Shown here piece by piece: positions 10,089-19,976 of a stretch of DNA of 64,000 nt. Source of the stretch: Anaerohalosphaeraceae bacterium (GTDB lineage Bacteria > Planctomycetota > Phycisphaerae > Sedimentisphaerales > Anaerohalosphaeraceae); assembly GCA_963675525.2 (NCBI GenBank), contig CAXXSL010000016.1:32001-96000 (forward strand), written 5' to 3'. Every line of letters begins with the position of its first letter. Within the stretch, counting starts at the first letter, position 1. The position numbers and the translations under genes are program-made. Below the pieces are notes generated by a model that saw only the letters and a program-made list of their open reading frames with translations, did no database searches and had not been told where the DNA came from.

Positions 10089-12182
10089 TTACTGTTTCTT
10101 CAAGTGAACATCCAGTTCAATGGTCTGACCATCAGAAACAGCAATCGTCATTTTGTCACTGGTTCGCCGTTTATCTCCTTCGAGAACGGCTTCAATCTCA
10201 TAGACGCCGGGACGGATGTTTTCGATCACGTAATTACCCTTTCGGTTTGTCTTTTCGCTGCGATAAAATTCGTGAGTAACAGTACAATATCCATCGTAGC
10301 CCCATTGAATACTTTTGCTCAGCCGAACAGTGACATTCTTTACCGGGTTGCCGTCCCGGTCCAATACCCGCCCGCTGGCGGCACATGTATCCTGCCGTAA
10401 ATCGATTACAAGATCGTCTACGTTTTGGCCGCCTTGTGCGTAAATAATAAAACTGCCCACATGCTCCTTATTTGTCTCAGAATTCAACGCTTTGTACTGA
10501 AAGACATAAGCGCCTTCTGGGACTTGATTAAAATTAAATCTGCCTTCTTCGTCTGTTGTCTTGCCGCCGTGCCCACCTCCACTTGATGCTGAACCCGGAT
10601 TGCGATAGGCGGTCATTTCGTCCAGCAGTGCCACCGCTCCTTTTACCGGCTTGCCATCCCAACCGATCAACTGACCTCGGATCTCACCATGCGGTAAAAT
10701 ATCAATACGACGGTTTTCCTTAAGATGATATGAACTGAGCGAAGTACGCCGCTGCTCAAAGCCTTCTGCCTTAATACTGACAGAGCACCGTACCCATTTA
10801 CCCTTTAAATTCTCAAGTACTTCCGGTAAAATAAAAACACCTCGTGAGTCGGTAGTCAAGGAAGCCCCGTTCCATTCTTTCGTGTTTTTTTGACGGGTCT
10901 TTTGATCTTCGATGGTAATTTCATTGTCAAAGACGACACTTGCACCGCCGATACCGCTGCCGCGGGAGTCGACGATCATCATCTCACTCTCGGCTAAACC
11001 CTCCGGCAATGGAACCTCAAACAGAGACTCCTTGTGATTGTGGAACTTGGGCAAACTATCATCCTGTCGTTCGAGAAGCAGATTGAATGTGACTTCCTGT
11101 TTTCCGGCTAGATAGATGTTCAGCGGGTCGCCGGATTTGTAGTTCTTACTTTTTTCATAAGGGTACTGCCCCTGAAGCTGATACTCCCCCGCTGGGATAT
11201 GGGTTAGCACATAATTGCCGTTCTCGTCAGTTGGTGCCGATTTTAAATTTTCCGTTGATGAAGACCAGCCGCTGCCATCCTCGAAACAGCGTTTTATAAC
11301 GCGATACAAAATCGCGTTCACACCGCCCATGGGACGGTTGTACCTGTCCACGACTCTGCCTTTGATTGTCCCTCGACTTTGCCGCAAATCCAAAAAGACA
11401 TTAGACTTAACCTCGCCGTCTTTCATGTTAATCATCTGGAACGTCGCGTATTCTTTGAATGGAATTATTTCGGCTTGATCCTCTGGTTTGCATCCGCCCG
11501 CATGGCCGGGAAATTTAACCACATGCAGTCCCGGTGGAACGTTTTCGAAGACAAATCCGCCGGTTTCATCGGTTTTGACATTGGCACTGTAACAGCCGCC
11601 GCAAGACACGCCGGGATTTTTGTAGTAGGTATGAGGGTTCAGCCAAATGGGGGCATTCCCAATGGGCTGACCATTGGGATCAATAATCGCTCCTTCAATG
11701 CGTCCGATTCGAAAAATATCGATTTGGCCATTATCTTCAGAATAATTGATACCAACGCCCGCATCCTTTCGCGGCAGAAATCCTTGCGCTTCGATGCTGA
11801 TACGAATCGAGGGTTTTTGCTCTTCGTCTTCAAGTTGCCAGATTTCGGGTGGATAGGCAAATTCGCCCTTTTCATTTGTTGTAACAGTTGTATCCTGCCA
11901 AACGGGCGGTTCTTCGGTTGGGTTGCCGTTACAATCCCGGCCAAGGTACTTTGTAAAGGCTACCGTGGCTTCGGGCACGCCGTTGCCGTCCTGATCGACC
12001 ACACGAGCTAACTCGGCACCCCATTTGATCGAATACGGCGATGGTTCCGAATTCTTAAACAAAGTTAAAGCGTTTACTTCAATGAACCCTGGTTTGGGTA
12101 TGTGAAAAACTCGATGCACAAAAAACATGCCTACTAACGCCGCAATCATCAATAATATACACAAAGACGCCTTCTTTGGCAT
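10089..12182 (-). CDS. Membrane-anchored/secreted protein with repeated carboxypeptidase-regulatory-like (beta-sandwich) domains
   Basis: N-terminal hydrophobic helix; repeated GRVVD..G.P / TDxxGxF/Y...PG motifs arranged as two similar halves; AGGAG RBS before ATG 12182. Confidence 0.75.
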   Translation of the reverse strand: MPKKASLCILLMIAALVGMFFVHRVFHIPKPGFIEVNALTLFKNSEPSPYSIKWGAELARVVDQDGNGVPEATVAFTKYLGRDCNGNPTEEPPVWQDTTVTTNEKGEFAYPPEIWQLEDEEQKPSIRISIEAQGFLPRKDAGVGINYSEDNGQIDIFRIGRIEGAIIDPNGQPIGNAPIWLNPHTYYKNPGVSCGGCYSANVKTDETGGFVFENVPPGLHVVKFPGHAGGCKPEDQAEIIPFKEYATFQMINMKDGEVKSNVFLDLRQSRGTIKGRVVDRYNRPMGGVNAILYRVIKRCFEDGSGWSSSTENLKSAPTDENGNYVLTHIPAGEYQLQGQYPYEKSKNYKSGDPLNIYLAGKQEVTFNLLLERQDDSLPKFHNHKESLFEVPLPEGLAESEMMIVDSRGSGIGGASVVFDNEITIEDQKTRQKNTKEWNGASLTTDSRGVFILPEVLENLKGKWVRCSVSIKAEGFEQRRTSLSSYHLKENRRIDILPHGEIRGQLIGWDGKPVKGAVALLDEMTAYRNPGSASSGGGHGGKTTDEEGRFNFNQVPEGAYVFQYKALNSETNKEHVGSFIIYAQGGQNVDDLVIDLRQDTCAASGRVLDRDGNPVKNVTVRLSKSIQWGYDGYCTVTHEFYRSEKTNRKGNYVIENIRPGVYEIEAVLEGDKRRTSDKMTIAVSDGQTIELDVHLKKQ

Positions 12183-12610
12183 TGTTAACACTCCTCTAAA
12201 GCTAACGATTCATACGCTGTCCATTTTTATAGACGCCATAGTGTATAAATTGTTACATCTTTTCTGTCAACTTTCAAAAAGAACAGAGGGGATAAAAGAT
12301 GGTAAAAATGCTCTTGTCATAGATACAGAGCATGTCAGATATCTTTTTGAGTTGATATCGTTGTTTTTGGGGTTAGGAGAAATAGAGCAGGCCAGACACC
12401 TTTATCGTAACGCTTTTTATATTCTACGCTTATGAACCAGTCTGTTTATGGCCTTAACTCCGTCATCATAAAAAATCCGCCTTCTCCTTCTTTTCATACC
12501 ATTTGTGATTAAAAAAATAACTCCGGTAAATCCCGTAATCCTGTCTAAAACAAAAAAATCAGCACTTACTCACGAAAACGCTGAGCCACAGAAAAAAAAC
12601 AACTCGTCCA

Positions 12611-13498
12611 TCAGGACAGCTTGGTAATCATGTAGCCGATATTGGTGGTCAGCAGGATGAGGTAGTCCAGGTCTTGTAGACTGTAATGTGGGTGTTCTTT
12701 GGAGTTTTCGATATAGACGATGCCGTGATAGTCTTTACCCACCATGATCGGGGCAATGATCACTGAGCGAATGCCGCGGTTGGCAATCTGCCGGGGCAAT
12801 TGGTGAATCAGCAGGTATTTGTTTTTCTCCTGGGCTTCGGCCAAACTGGCCGGAACCGCCAAGTCCTGACGTTCAATGTGTTCGGTGGTCAGTTTTCGAC
12901 CGCCCTGAATATTCATCGGCCCGGCCGTCTGCGAGCGGACAGCCACCCAGACATTCAACGCTTTGAACTGGCGGAACAGAATATCGACCACCGCCTGATA
13001 AAGCTTGTCCAGGCTCTGCTGCTGGCAGATCGCCTCCAGCGCTTCGTGGTAATGTTTCATTTTTTTCGCCGGAAACTTCACCGGCGGCGCATCTCCTGCA
13101 TCCAGATTTCGCTCGACCGTATGCAGTTCTTTTCGAATATGATTATGACCGACAAGTGTATCTTCCATTTCGATCTTTTTTTCCTGATCTTCATCGTCTT
13201 CGAGGCTGACGCGGATCAGAAAGTCGGCAACACGCACCACATCATTGTGCTTCAGTTCGGTTTTGTGGATGGCCTGGCTGTTGAGATAGGTTTTGTTGGA
13301 AGAACCCAGATCCTCAATGATCCATGAACCGTCTTTGGTGGTGTAAAAGACGGCGTGCTGGCGGGAAACGGCTTTGTCTGGCAGAAAAACCTGACTGCCC
13401 ATTTGACGCCCCACATAAATCGGACCTTTGTCGAACTTCAGTTCGTTGACACTGCTCTCGCCGAGACTGATAAAAAGCCGCATTTGCCGGCCCTCCAT
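12611..13498 (-). CDS. FHA-domain + GAF-domain protein
   Basis: YVGRQ, VSRQHA, EDLGSSNKTYLN FHA motifs; C-terminal IRSVIIAPI...GIVYIEN GAF-like segment. Confidence 0.85.
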   Translation of the reverse strand: MEGRQMRLFISLGESSVNELKFDKGPIYVGRQMGSQVFLPDKAVSRQHAVFYTTKDGSWIIEDLGSSNKTYLNSQAIHKTELKHNDVVRVADFLIRVSLEDDEDQEKKIEMEDTLVGHNHIRKELHTVERNLDAGDAPPVKFPAKKMKHYHEALEAICQQQSLDKLYQAVVDILFRQFKALNVWVAVRSQTAGPMNIQGGRKLTTEHIERQDLAVPASLAEAQEKNKYLLIHQLPRQIANRGIRSVIIAPIMVGKDYHGIVYIENSKEHPHYSLQDLDYLILLTTNIGYMITKLS

Positions 13499-13701
13499 TT
13501 AATCCAGATGTAACTTTATTTTAACAATACCGGGTCCGTTTGTCAAAAATCTCTTCAACTAAAAAATGCGTTTGTCGTACACTTTATTGAAATAGTACAG
13601 AACGGATAGCTTTTATTTGCACAAAGCCGCGATTATTCTCAAAAAACTGTCTTTTTACTTGAAAAACGTCATTTAGAGTGATAATCTACGCCAAGTCTTT
13701 C

Positions 13702-13786
13702 GGAGGAGTGTCCGAGCGGCTTATGGTGACGGTCTTGAAAACCGTTGTGCAGAGATGTACCGGGGGTTCGAATCCCTCCTCCTCCG
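13702..13786 (+). tRNA. tRNA-Ser(TGA)
   Basis: GGAGGAGTGTCCGAGCGGCTTATGGTGACGGTCTTGAAAACCGTTGTGCAGAGATGTACCGGGGGTTCGAATCCCTCCTCCTCCG; long variable arm, anticodon TGA. Confidence 0.97.
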
Positions 13787-13792
13787 CTGTTG

Positions 13793-13829
13793 AAACGTCG
13801 GTGTCAATCAAAGACATCGGCGTTTTTTT
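13793..13829 (+). terminator. Terminator after tRNA-Ser
   Basis: AACGTCGGTGTC-aatcaaa-GACATCGGCGTT followed by a T-run. Confidence 0.65.
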
Positions 13830-14220
13830 ATTGCCTAACTGTTCTAAATCTAAAGGCTTGCAGACAGGAGGGTTTTCGGAGGCACTCATATTTTGCATCG
13901 TCTGGGTTATGCCAATCAATGCTGATTGATTAAATCCAGAGTAAGCGTTTCTTGCAAGTTTTTTGTAAGCTGGTTTGTAAGGGCCATCGGCTGGCTCTCT
14001 TTTTTGTGCTTTCTTTCGGTAAAATGTAACTATGTTTAGTTTTTAAAGCATATACAAACGGCTTTAATAACCATTTGCCCTCAATTTCGTATAATAATCA
14101 TAAGCTTATGTGAGCTGGATGGTTGTGATTTGTGTATTTGAAACTCCACTTTTGAACTACAACCATTGCTACATCTAAATGACTATTATCTGTTAACATT
14201 TTACGTGTGAGGGCAGTACA

Positions 14221-15333
14221 ATGGCAACTCAAAAAAGAAAAACCCGTTCTGACAAATTCCCGCTAACACGACACCCAACCGGACAATACTGCAAAAAGAT
14301 TCATGGCAAAATTTATTACTTCGGCTCGGATAAGCAGGAAGCACTTCAACGATATATTGACCAGGCGGCGTATTTGCATGGAAGCAATCATAATTCTCAA
14401 AGACCCGTTGATGATTCAATTACACTAAAACAATTGTGTGATATGTTCCTAAAGTATCAATTCACCAAAGTGAAAGCCAATGCAATCACAGCTCAGCATT
14501 ACAACGATCAGATCAGCAGCCTGAACGTGCTCATGTCCTTTCTGGGGCAAAGACGCAGCATCAAAGATATTTCAACACTCGATTTGCAAAACTATAAACG
14601 AAAATTGCAGAAACACTACAATAAATCGAGCCATCGATTGAATTTGCATATCAGCAACTTGAAAACACTATTTCACTGGGCTAAGAAAAACGATGTTCTG
14701 AAACAAATCCCCAACATTGATGCTATCAGCAGGAGCAAACTCACCAATAGACAACGCAGGATTTTTACGCATGAGGAAATTAACAAATTGCTCGTAGTTG
14801 CTGATACCCAAATGAAAGCCATGATATGGCTGGGACTAAATTGTGGTTTTGGATGTACTGATTGCTCTGACCTTCAGTGGAAAAACCTTGATCTTACTAA
14901 TGCCCGGGTAGAATTCCCCAGGGGAAAAACTGGCATCCAAAGAGACCTACCTTTATGGTCTGAAACAATCAGTGCCCTAAAAGCAGTTCCCAAGAAAGGC
15001 AAGTTGGTATTCTATACAGCCAGAGGAAACCCGTTCGTCCGGAGCGTTTTGAAGACAGACGCCAATGGTAACCAGAAATATTCAATTTTGAATACTATTA
15101 CAACAAAGTTTTCGAGGTTGCTCAAAAAGGCTCGCCTGAATGTTCCCAAAGGAACAGGATTTTACACACTTCGGAGAACAGCAGCCACCATGGCCGCTCG
15201 TTCGGGTGACCCTTTTGCGGTTCAACGACTACTTGGTCACGCAAATTTGTTAATGGCCACACGATATGTGCAGGATGTTTCCAAGCAGACGGATAAGGTG
15301 ATTGAGAAAAGCAGAATGCTAGTCATTTTCTAA
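14221..15333 (+). CDS. Tyrosine recombinase / phage-type integrase
   Basis: FPLTRHPTGQYCKKIHGKIYYFG N-terminus; FYTLRRT...VQRLLGHA...TRY C-terminal catalytic region; adjacent to a tRNA. Confidence 0.9.
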   Translation: MATQKRKTRSDKFPLTRHPTGQYCKKIHGKIYYFGSDKQEALQRYIDQAAYLHGSNHNSQRPVDDSITLKQLCDMFLKYQFTKVKANAITAQHYNDQISSLNVLMSFLGQRRSIKDISTLDLQNYKRKLQKHYNKSSHRLNLHISNLKTLFHWAKKNDVLKQIPNIDAISRSKLTNRQRRIFTHEEINKLLVVADTQMKAMIWLGLNCGFGCTDCSDLQWKNLDLTNARVEFPRGKTGIQRDLPLWSETISALKAVPKKGKLVFYTARGNPFVRSVLKTDANGNQKYSILNTITTKFSRLLKKARLNVPKGTGFYTLRRTAATMAARSGDPFAVQRLLGHANLLMATRYVQDVSKQTDKVIEKSRMLVIF

Positions 15334-15379
15334 TATTTGAAAATTTGTTATTTAGCAGAAACAAATCATAAAAAGCATA

Positions 15380-16498
15380 TTATACCTTGACTCGCTCTCG
15401 ATTCATACGATCTACAGGGTCAGAATGGTCAACGTTCTCATATTCTTGCATGATTTTTTGGATTAGTTGTTTCACCGATACAATTTCGTTGCAACGCCAG
15501 GCATTACTGCCGGCAAAAGCAAACGCCTGATCCATTTTCCCCTCTGATGCCCTTGCTAATACTTCGGCAATACAGTAAGGTGCTGTCAATGGATCACAGG
15601 TCTTCAGGCACTGGTATTTGCACTTAAAGGGAATAGTATGACCTTTATTTATATTTTCAACAAATGCATTCCGAATCACTCTGCCAGGTAAACCCACTGG
15701 ACTCTTTATCAGTGTAATATCCTCTGGGGTCGCTTCAAGGTAAGCCTGCTTGAATCTTATATTCGCATCGCATTCTTCGGTGCAGACAAACCGTGTAGCC
15801 ATCTGGACGCCTGCCGCCCCTGCGTTGAGATAGTGTGCCATTTCCTGCCCCGTAAAAATGCCCCCAGCCGCAATAACCGGGATCTGATTCGGTAGTTTCC
15901 GTGTGAATTCCAGAACATCCTCAAGCGTTTTGTCCAATGTGGGACAGTTCTGCTCGAGTTGCTCCAGACTGTATCCGAGATGACCGCCGGCCTTCATGCC
16001 TTCAACAATAACCGCATCGGGACAGCGATTAAAATCTTTCATCCATTTCCGGTGAATAATTTTCAGTGATCTGACCGACGAAACAACCGGGATCAGTTGA
16101 ATATTCGTTCCGGCAGTATAGGCGGGCAAATGCAGGGGTAATCCGGCCCCCGAAATGATCATGTCCACATTCTCTTCAACACAAACACCGACCAATGATT
16201 CGTAGTTTGACAAAGCAACCATCGCATTAACACCAAGCACCCCAGAAGTCATCTGACGGGCCTTTCGGATTTCGGTTCGTAGTGCAACTCGGTTCACTTC
16301 TTCAAAATCTGCGCCGGGAGAATGTTCATAGTCGCCCAGACCCACGCTGGCGATCACGCCAGCACATCCTTCGTTCGCAACAGCCGATGCGAGATTAGCC
16401 TTAGATACTCTTACTCCCATGCCACCTTGGATGATCGGGGGATTAATAGAGAGATGACCGATTCTAAGAGAGTGTAATTTTCGCATAAAAACCATCAT
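15380..16498 (-). CDS. Nitronate monooxygenase / FabK-like FMN-dependent oxidoreductase
   Basis: PIIQGGMGVRVS, IISGAGLP, VEGMKAGGHLG, VIAAGGI, GVQMATRFVCTEECDA. Confidence 0.88.
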   Translation of the reverse strand: MMVFMRKLHSLRIGHLSINPPIIQGGMGVRVSKANLASAVANEGCAGVIASVGLGDYEHSPGADFEEVNRVALRTEIRKARQMTSGVLGVNAMVALSNYESLVGVCVEENVDMIISGAGLPLHLPAYTAGTNIQLIPVVSSVRSLKIIHRKWMKDFNRCPDAVIVEGMKAGGHLGYSLEQLEQNCPTLDKTLEDVLEFTRKLPNQIPVIAAGGIFTGQEMAHYLNAGAAGVQMATRFVCTEECDANIRFKQAYLEATPEDITLIKSPVGLPGRVIRNAFVENINKGHTIPFKCKYQCLKTCDPLTAPYCIAEVLARASEGKMDQAFAFAGSNAWRCNEIVSVKQLIQKIMQEYENVDHSDPVDRMNRERVKV

Positions 16499-16755
16499 TC
16501 ATCAGGACACTATCAGTAGCTAATAAGCATAAAAAAATGACCGCGGTTGATGAACAAAACCTTCTGTTGACCAGAATCGGCTAATTCGAACCAACTCGTG
16601 AATCCCACAGTATCATCTCATTATGCTGCCATTACGGAGCTATTATCCTCTTTTATCAGATAATTGCAAGTGCATTCCTTTTTTCTTTGAAAGCCTACTG
16701 GTTTGTGGATAAACTAAATGTGATTTGGAATTCAGTTTGAAAGGAGATTTGACTT

Positions 16756-17160
16756 ATGCAGATTTCAAGAATGCTTTTGACATACGCTGTGAGTGTCCCT
16801 GTGTTTTTTGCTGTCGACATGATTTGGCTTGGTGTGATTGCCAAGGGTTTTTACCGAAAAGCACTTGAGCCCCTACTGACCCCGAACATTAACTGGATAG
16901 CGGCCATCATCTTCTATTTTCTGTTTCTTGCCGGGATATTGATTTTTGCCCTAATCCCGGGAATGGCAAAACGTTCATTGGGCTATACCGTTCTAATGGC
17001 CGCCTTGTTTGGTTTTATCGCGTATGCAACCTACGATTTGACCAATCTGGCGACGCTTCGTGATTGGCCCTTGATACTGTCGATTGTCGATATGCTGTGG
17101 GGTGCTTTTTTGTCAGCATCGACAGCGGCAATAACATATCTTATTATGAGCCGGATATAA
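16756..17160 (+). CDS. DUF2177 family membrane protein
   Basis: DMIWLG...ALFGFIAYATYDLTNLATLRDWP...VDMLWG. Confidence 0.85.
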   Translation: MQISRMLLTYAVSVPVFFAVDMIWLGVIAKGFYRKALEPLLTPNINWIAAIIFYFLFLAGILIFALIPGMAKRSLGYTVLMAALFGFIAYATYDLTNLATLRDWPLILSIVDMLWGAFLSASTAAITYLIMSRI

Positions 17161-17940
17161 TCAACATGGTTTTGTCTTAAACCAAGGAATAATCATCGAT
17201 GTCGTTTCCTGATATTGGCGGTATGTCTCTGGTTTGGATTTAAGAGACTGCCGCTCTGAAATGGGACCTGTGATAAACCTCATTGTCAGCGATAGCATTA
17301 TCGGCGAGATTAACCCAAGCCATCCCAGATGAGTCGGTAGCCCGATAAATGCAAATCCAGACCATAAAAGTATTTCAAAAAAATAATTCGGATGTCGGGA
17401 ATAATTCCAAACACCAAATTGACAAACCTTGCCTCGATTCTCTGGATGCGTTCGAAATCGGTGTAATTGGGCGTCCGCTGCAATGGAACCTCCATAGCCA
17501 ACACACCATAATATTAATCCGGTTATTGCATAAACGGAGTCAACCATTGAGCTTTGGGCGGTAAAGATAAACACAAACCCTACGACGGCTTGGAAACAGG
17601 CCTGAATGAGATAATGGATCAGAAAAAAGACGGGTGCAGAGATCTTCTGTTTGTGTTGAAGCGACTCATATCGGGCATCTTTTTTCCCAAGGCGGAGCCG
17701 CGTCCAAAAGAGATATCCGCCAAGACGAAGTCCCCAAAGCAGCACCAGTACGCTGGTCAGGATCTTTCCTATAGTTAAAGTCCCAAAGGTCAAATTGTGC
17801 GCTAATCCCATCAGGGTCAAACCGATTGCCCATCCTAAATCCACTACCGCTGGATTTTTCTTCCACAGATAGAAAAACCACAATATGGTCAGCGTTCCGG
17901 CACCAATAAGCAGATTCAGTAATATCCCCGTCACAATCAT
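17161..17940 (-). CDS. DUF1295 (steroid 5-alpha-reductase-like) membrane protein
   Basis: VVDLGW, WGLRLG, DARY, ADAQL, GVWNYSRHPNYFFE, YRQYQETTSMIIPW. Confidence 0.88.
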   Translation of the reverse strand: MIVTGILLNLLIGAGTLTILWFFYLWKKNPAVVDLGWAIGLTLMGLAHNLTFGTLTIGKILTSVLVLLWGLRLGGYLFWTRLRLGKKDARYESLQHKQKISAPVFFLIHYLIQACFQAVVGFVFIFTAQSSMVDSVYAITGLILWCVGYGGSIAADAQLHRFRTHPENRGKVCQFGVWNYSRHPNYFFEILLWSGFAFIGLPTHLGWLGLISPIMLSLTMRFITGPISERQSLKSKPETYRQYQETTSMIIPWFKTKPC

Positions 17941-19976
17941 TTTTCGGTGTCCTTGGGTTGTTTAGGCTGAATTGTTTTTTGGTTAAAGTCAGTGATTAAA
18001 TCCCGATTTCTCGGACGCGTTAGGATGATTTGAAGATCATCAATATAGTGTTGTGCGAATCCGGCTTGACAGTATGAAAAATAATATTCCCAACGACGAA
18101 TAAAGCTTTCAGGGAAGCCCATCTCTATAATTGTTTTGCGATTGCCAAGGAATCGCTCTTTCCATCGGGCCAAGGTCAATGCATAGTGGAGACCGATGCT
18201 TTCAACGTGTTTGATAACAAACGATGTGTGCTCCGTCAGGACGTCTGTAAGAGCCGTCAGCGATGGAAGCAAGCCTCCCGGGAATATAAAGAGACGCATC
18301 CAATCGGTCGTTTTGGAATAAGACTTGTATCGCTGGTCAGGAATCGTAATCGTTTGAAGGACCAAGATACCGTCAGGTTTTAGCAAATGGTCACAACTAC
18401 GGAAAAAAGTCGGGTAGTAGGCCTTTCCAACTGCTTCAAGCATTTCAACCGAAACAATTCGGTCGTACTGGCCGGTCATATTGCGGTAGTCGCAAAGCAA
18501 CACGGTAACCCTGTCGGACAATCCAGCTTGAGCAATCCGTTGCTGTGCTAATTGCTGTTGCTCTTTTGAGAGCGTGATCGAGGTTACACGGCAACCGTAG
18601 AGTGTTGCAGCACGTATCGCCAGAGTTCCCCACCCGGTCCCGATTTCGAGCAAATGGTGATTTTCAGAAAGGTGGGCCTTTTCTAAAATCCGGTCGATTT
18701 TTCGAAGTTGGGCATCTTTCAGATCTTCACTTTTATGGCCAAAGACCGCACAGGAATATGTCATTGTTTCGTCCAGAAACATCTCATACATCGCATTACT
18801 AAGATCGTAGTGTTGTGAAATATTTTTTTGTGCCTGCTTAAGGGTATTTTTGTTACGGAAGTGCCATGCCAAATAGAAGGTTTTAACGAACCGGGAATAC
18901 CAAGGTGTTCGAATCGGATGTGCCAGCGTTGCGCTCAGCATGAAATCCATAAATTGAACAAGATTGTCCGATTTCCAATACCCTTTTTCGTATGCGATTC
19001 CTAATCCAATCTCATCGGCCTTGGCAAGCAGACTAAAGAACCGGTAGTCTTTGATTTCTAAATCGACGGACTGACCTGAACCTGCAGGTCCAAAGATATG
19101 ACGTTCGCCTTCTGGAAGTGTGACCGTGATTTCGGCAGTCGTTTGTTTTTTCAAAAAGGAAAAGAAAAATTTCATGCCCTGGCGGGCCAGCCATGAGGGA
19201 CGTTGTTTTCTCATTGTGAACTCACTCTGTGGGATGGGTTTGGGGTAAATGGGCAATTTTTTCTGAAAATACAACGTCACTGCCTGCCGTATAATTCGCG
19301 GCATATTGAGCATAGCATTAAAGGGGTATTTTAACAAGGTCCGGTAGAGTTCACGGTATGTCAACGGTCGTCCTCGTCCTGTCAGCCGGGCCCAAAAGAC
19401 AGGCTTTTCGCCACATTCCGGTCTTGTTAATTCGATGGCGATATCAATTTCCTGTTCGTTCGCCTTAAATCGAATCTTATATTGCCCCTTCAGATCAAAG
19501 AATGGTGAAACGTGAAATGCCTTGGGTATCTTAAAACAGAGCGTCTCAGATTGCATTTCCATTTTCTGCAGCACGTATAAATGTGCCTCACGGAAGGTGT
19601 TATGCACCTCAGCCAGAACGAGCTGGCAGCAATCGGAATCATCATAACAGACAAAAAAACTCGCCGGCCGAAAGATTACATTAAAATATTTAGCAAAGCT
19701 GATGAGGTCTATGCGTTTGATAGGCTTATTATAATCTATTTTCTTAAGCACTTCGGCAATCTTTTCTTTGAGAGGCTGATTCCCTCGCCAGAGGTAGTCC
19801 TTGTCGTCCATGCGAATGACTGAAAAGCGATTGTATCCGAATCCAGGTAATGTGCGGTCCAATTCGGGTAATTCATCAAGGTCAAATCGATAGAAATAGA
19901 CGGGGTATGAGAAGTTGTGTTTTTGGGGCCAGCGGCGGCCATGTGATACAACGCCGGTGAAAATCTGTGAATTCAC
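17937..19976 (-). CDS. Fusion of DUF1365 (UfaO-like) and cyclopropane-fatty-acid-synthase-family SAM methyltransferase (UfaM/Cfa-like)
   Basis: N-half HGRRWPQKHNFSY, EVHNTFREAH, KAFHVSPFF; C-half NISQHYDLSN, MTYSCA, LLEIGTGWG, IVSVEMLEAVG, IFPGG, RRWEYYFSYC. Confidence 0.88.
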   Translation of the reverse strand: MNSQIFTGVVSHGRRWPQKHNFSYPVYFYRFDLDELPELDRTLPGFGYNRFSVIRMDDKDYLWRGNQPLKEKIAEVLKKIDYNKPIKRIDLISFAKYFNVIFRPASFFVCYDDSDCCQLVLAEVHNTFREAHLYVLQKMEMQSETLCFKIPKAFHVSPFFDLKGQYKIRFKANEQEIDIAIELTRPECGEKPVFWARLTGRGRPLTYRELYRTLLKYPFNAMLNMPRIIRQAVTLYFQKKLPIYPKPIPQSEFTMRKQRPSWLARQGMKFFFSFLKKQTTAEITVTLPEGERHIFGPAGSGQSVDLEIKDYRFFSLLAKADEIGLGIAYEKGYWKSDNLVQFMDFMLSATLAHPIRTPWYSRFVKTFYLAWHFRNKNTLKQAQKNISQHYDLSNAMYEMFLDETMTYSCAVFGHKSEDLKDAQLRKIDRILEKAHLSENHHLLEIGTGWGTLAIRAATLYGCRVTSITLSKEQQQLAQQRIAQAGLSDRVTVLLCDYRNMTGQYDRIVSVEMLEAVGKAYYPTFFRSCDHLLKPDGILVLQTITIPDQRYKSYSKTTDWMRLFIFPGGLLPSLTALTDVLTEHTSFVIKHVESIGLHYALTLARWKERFLGNRKTIIEMGFPESFIRRWEYYFSYCQAGFAQHYIDDLQIILTRPRNRDLITDFNQKTIQPKQPKDTEK

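Noticed and set aside
12525..12550. TTTTAGACAGGATTACGGGATTT-like motif (minus strand) resembling 55457-55480
   Set aside because: Short, low-complexity similarity with two copies only; may be a dispersed repeat but cannot be established from this window
13678..13933. Short ORFs overlapping tRNA-Ser
   Set aside because: Explained by the tRNA gene and its terminator
16500..16680. Long 5' region of the nitronate monooxygenase gene as a possible riboswitch
   Set aside because: No riboswitch consensus recognised by eye; an Rfam scan would be needed
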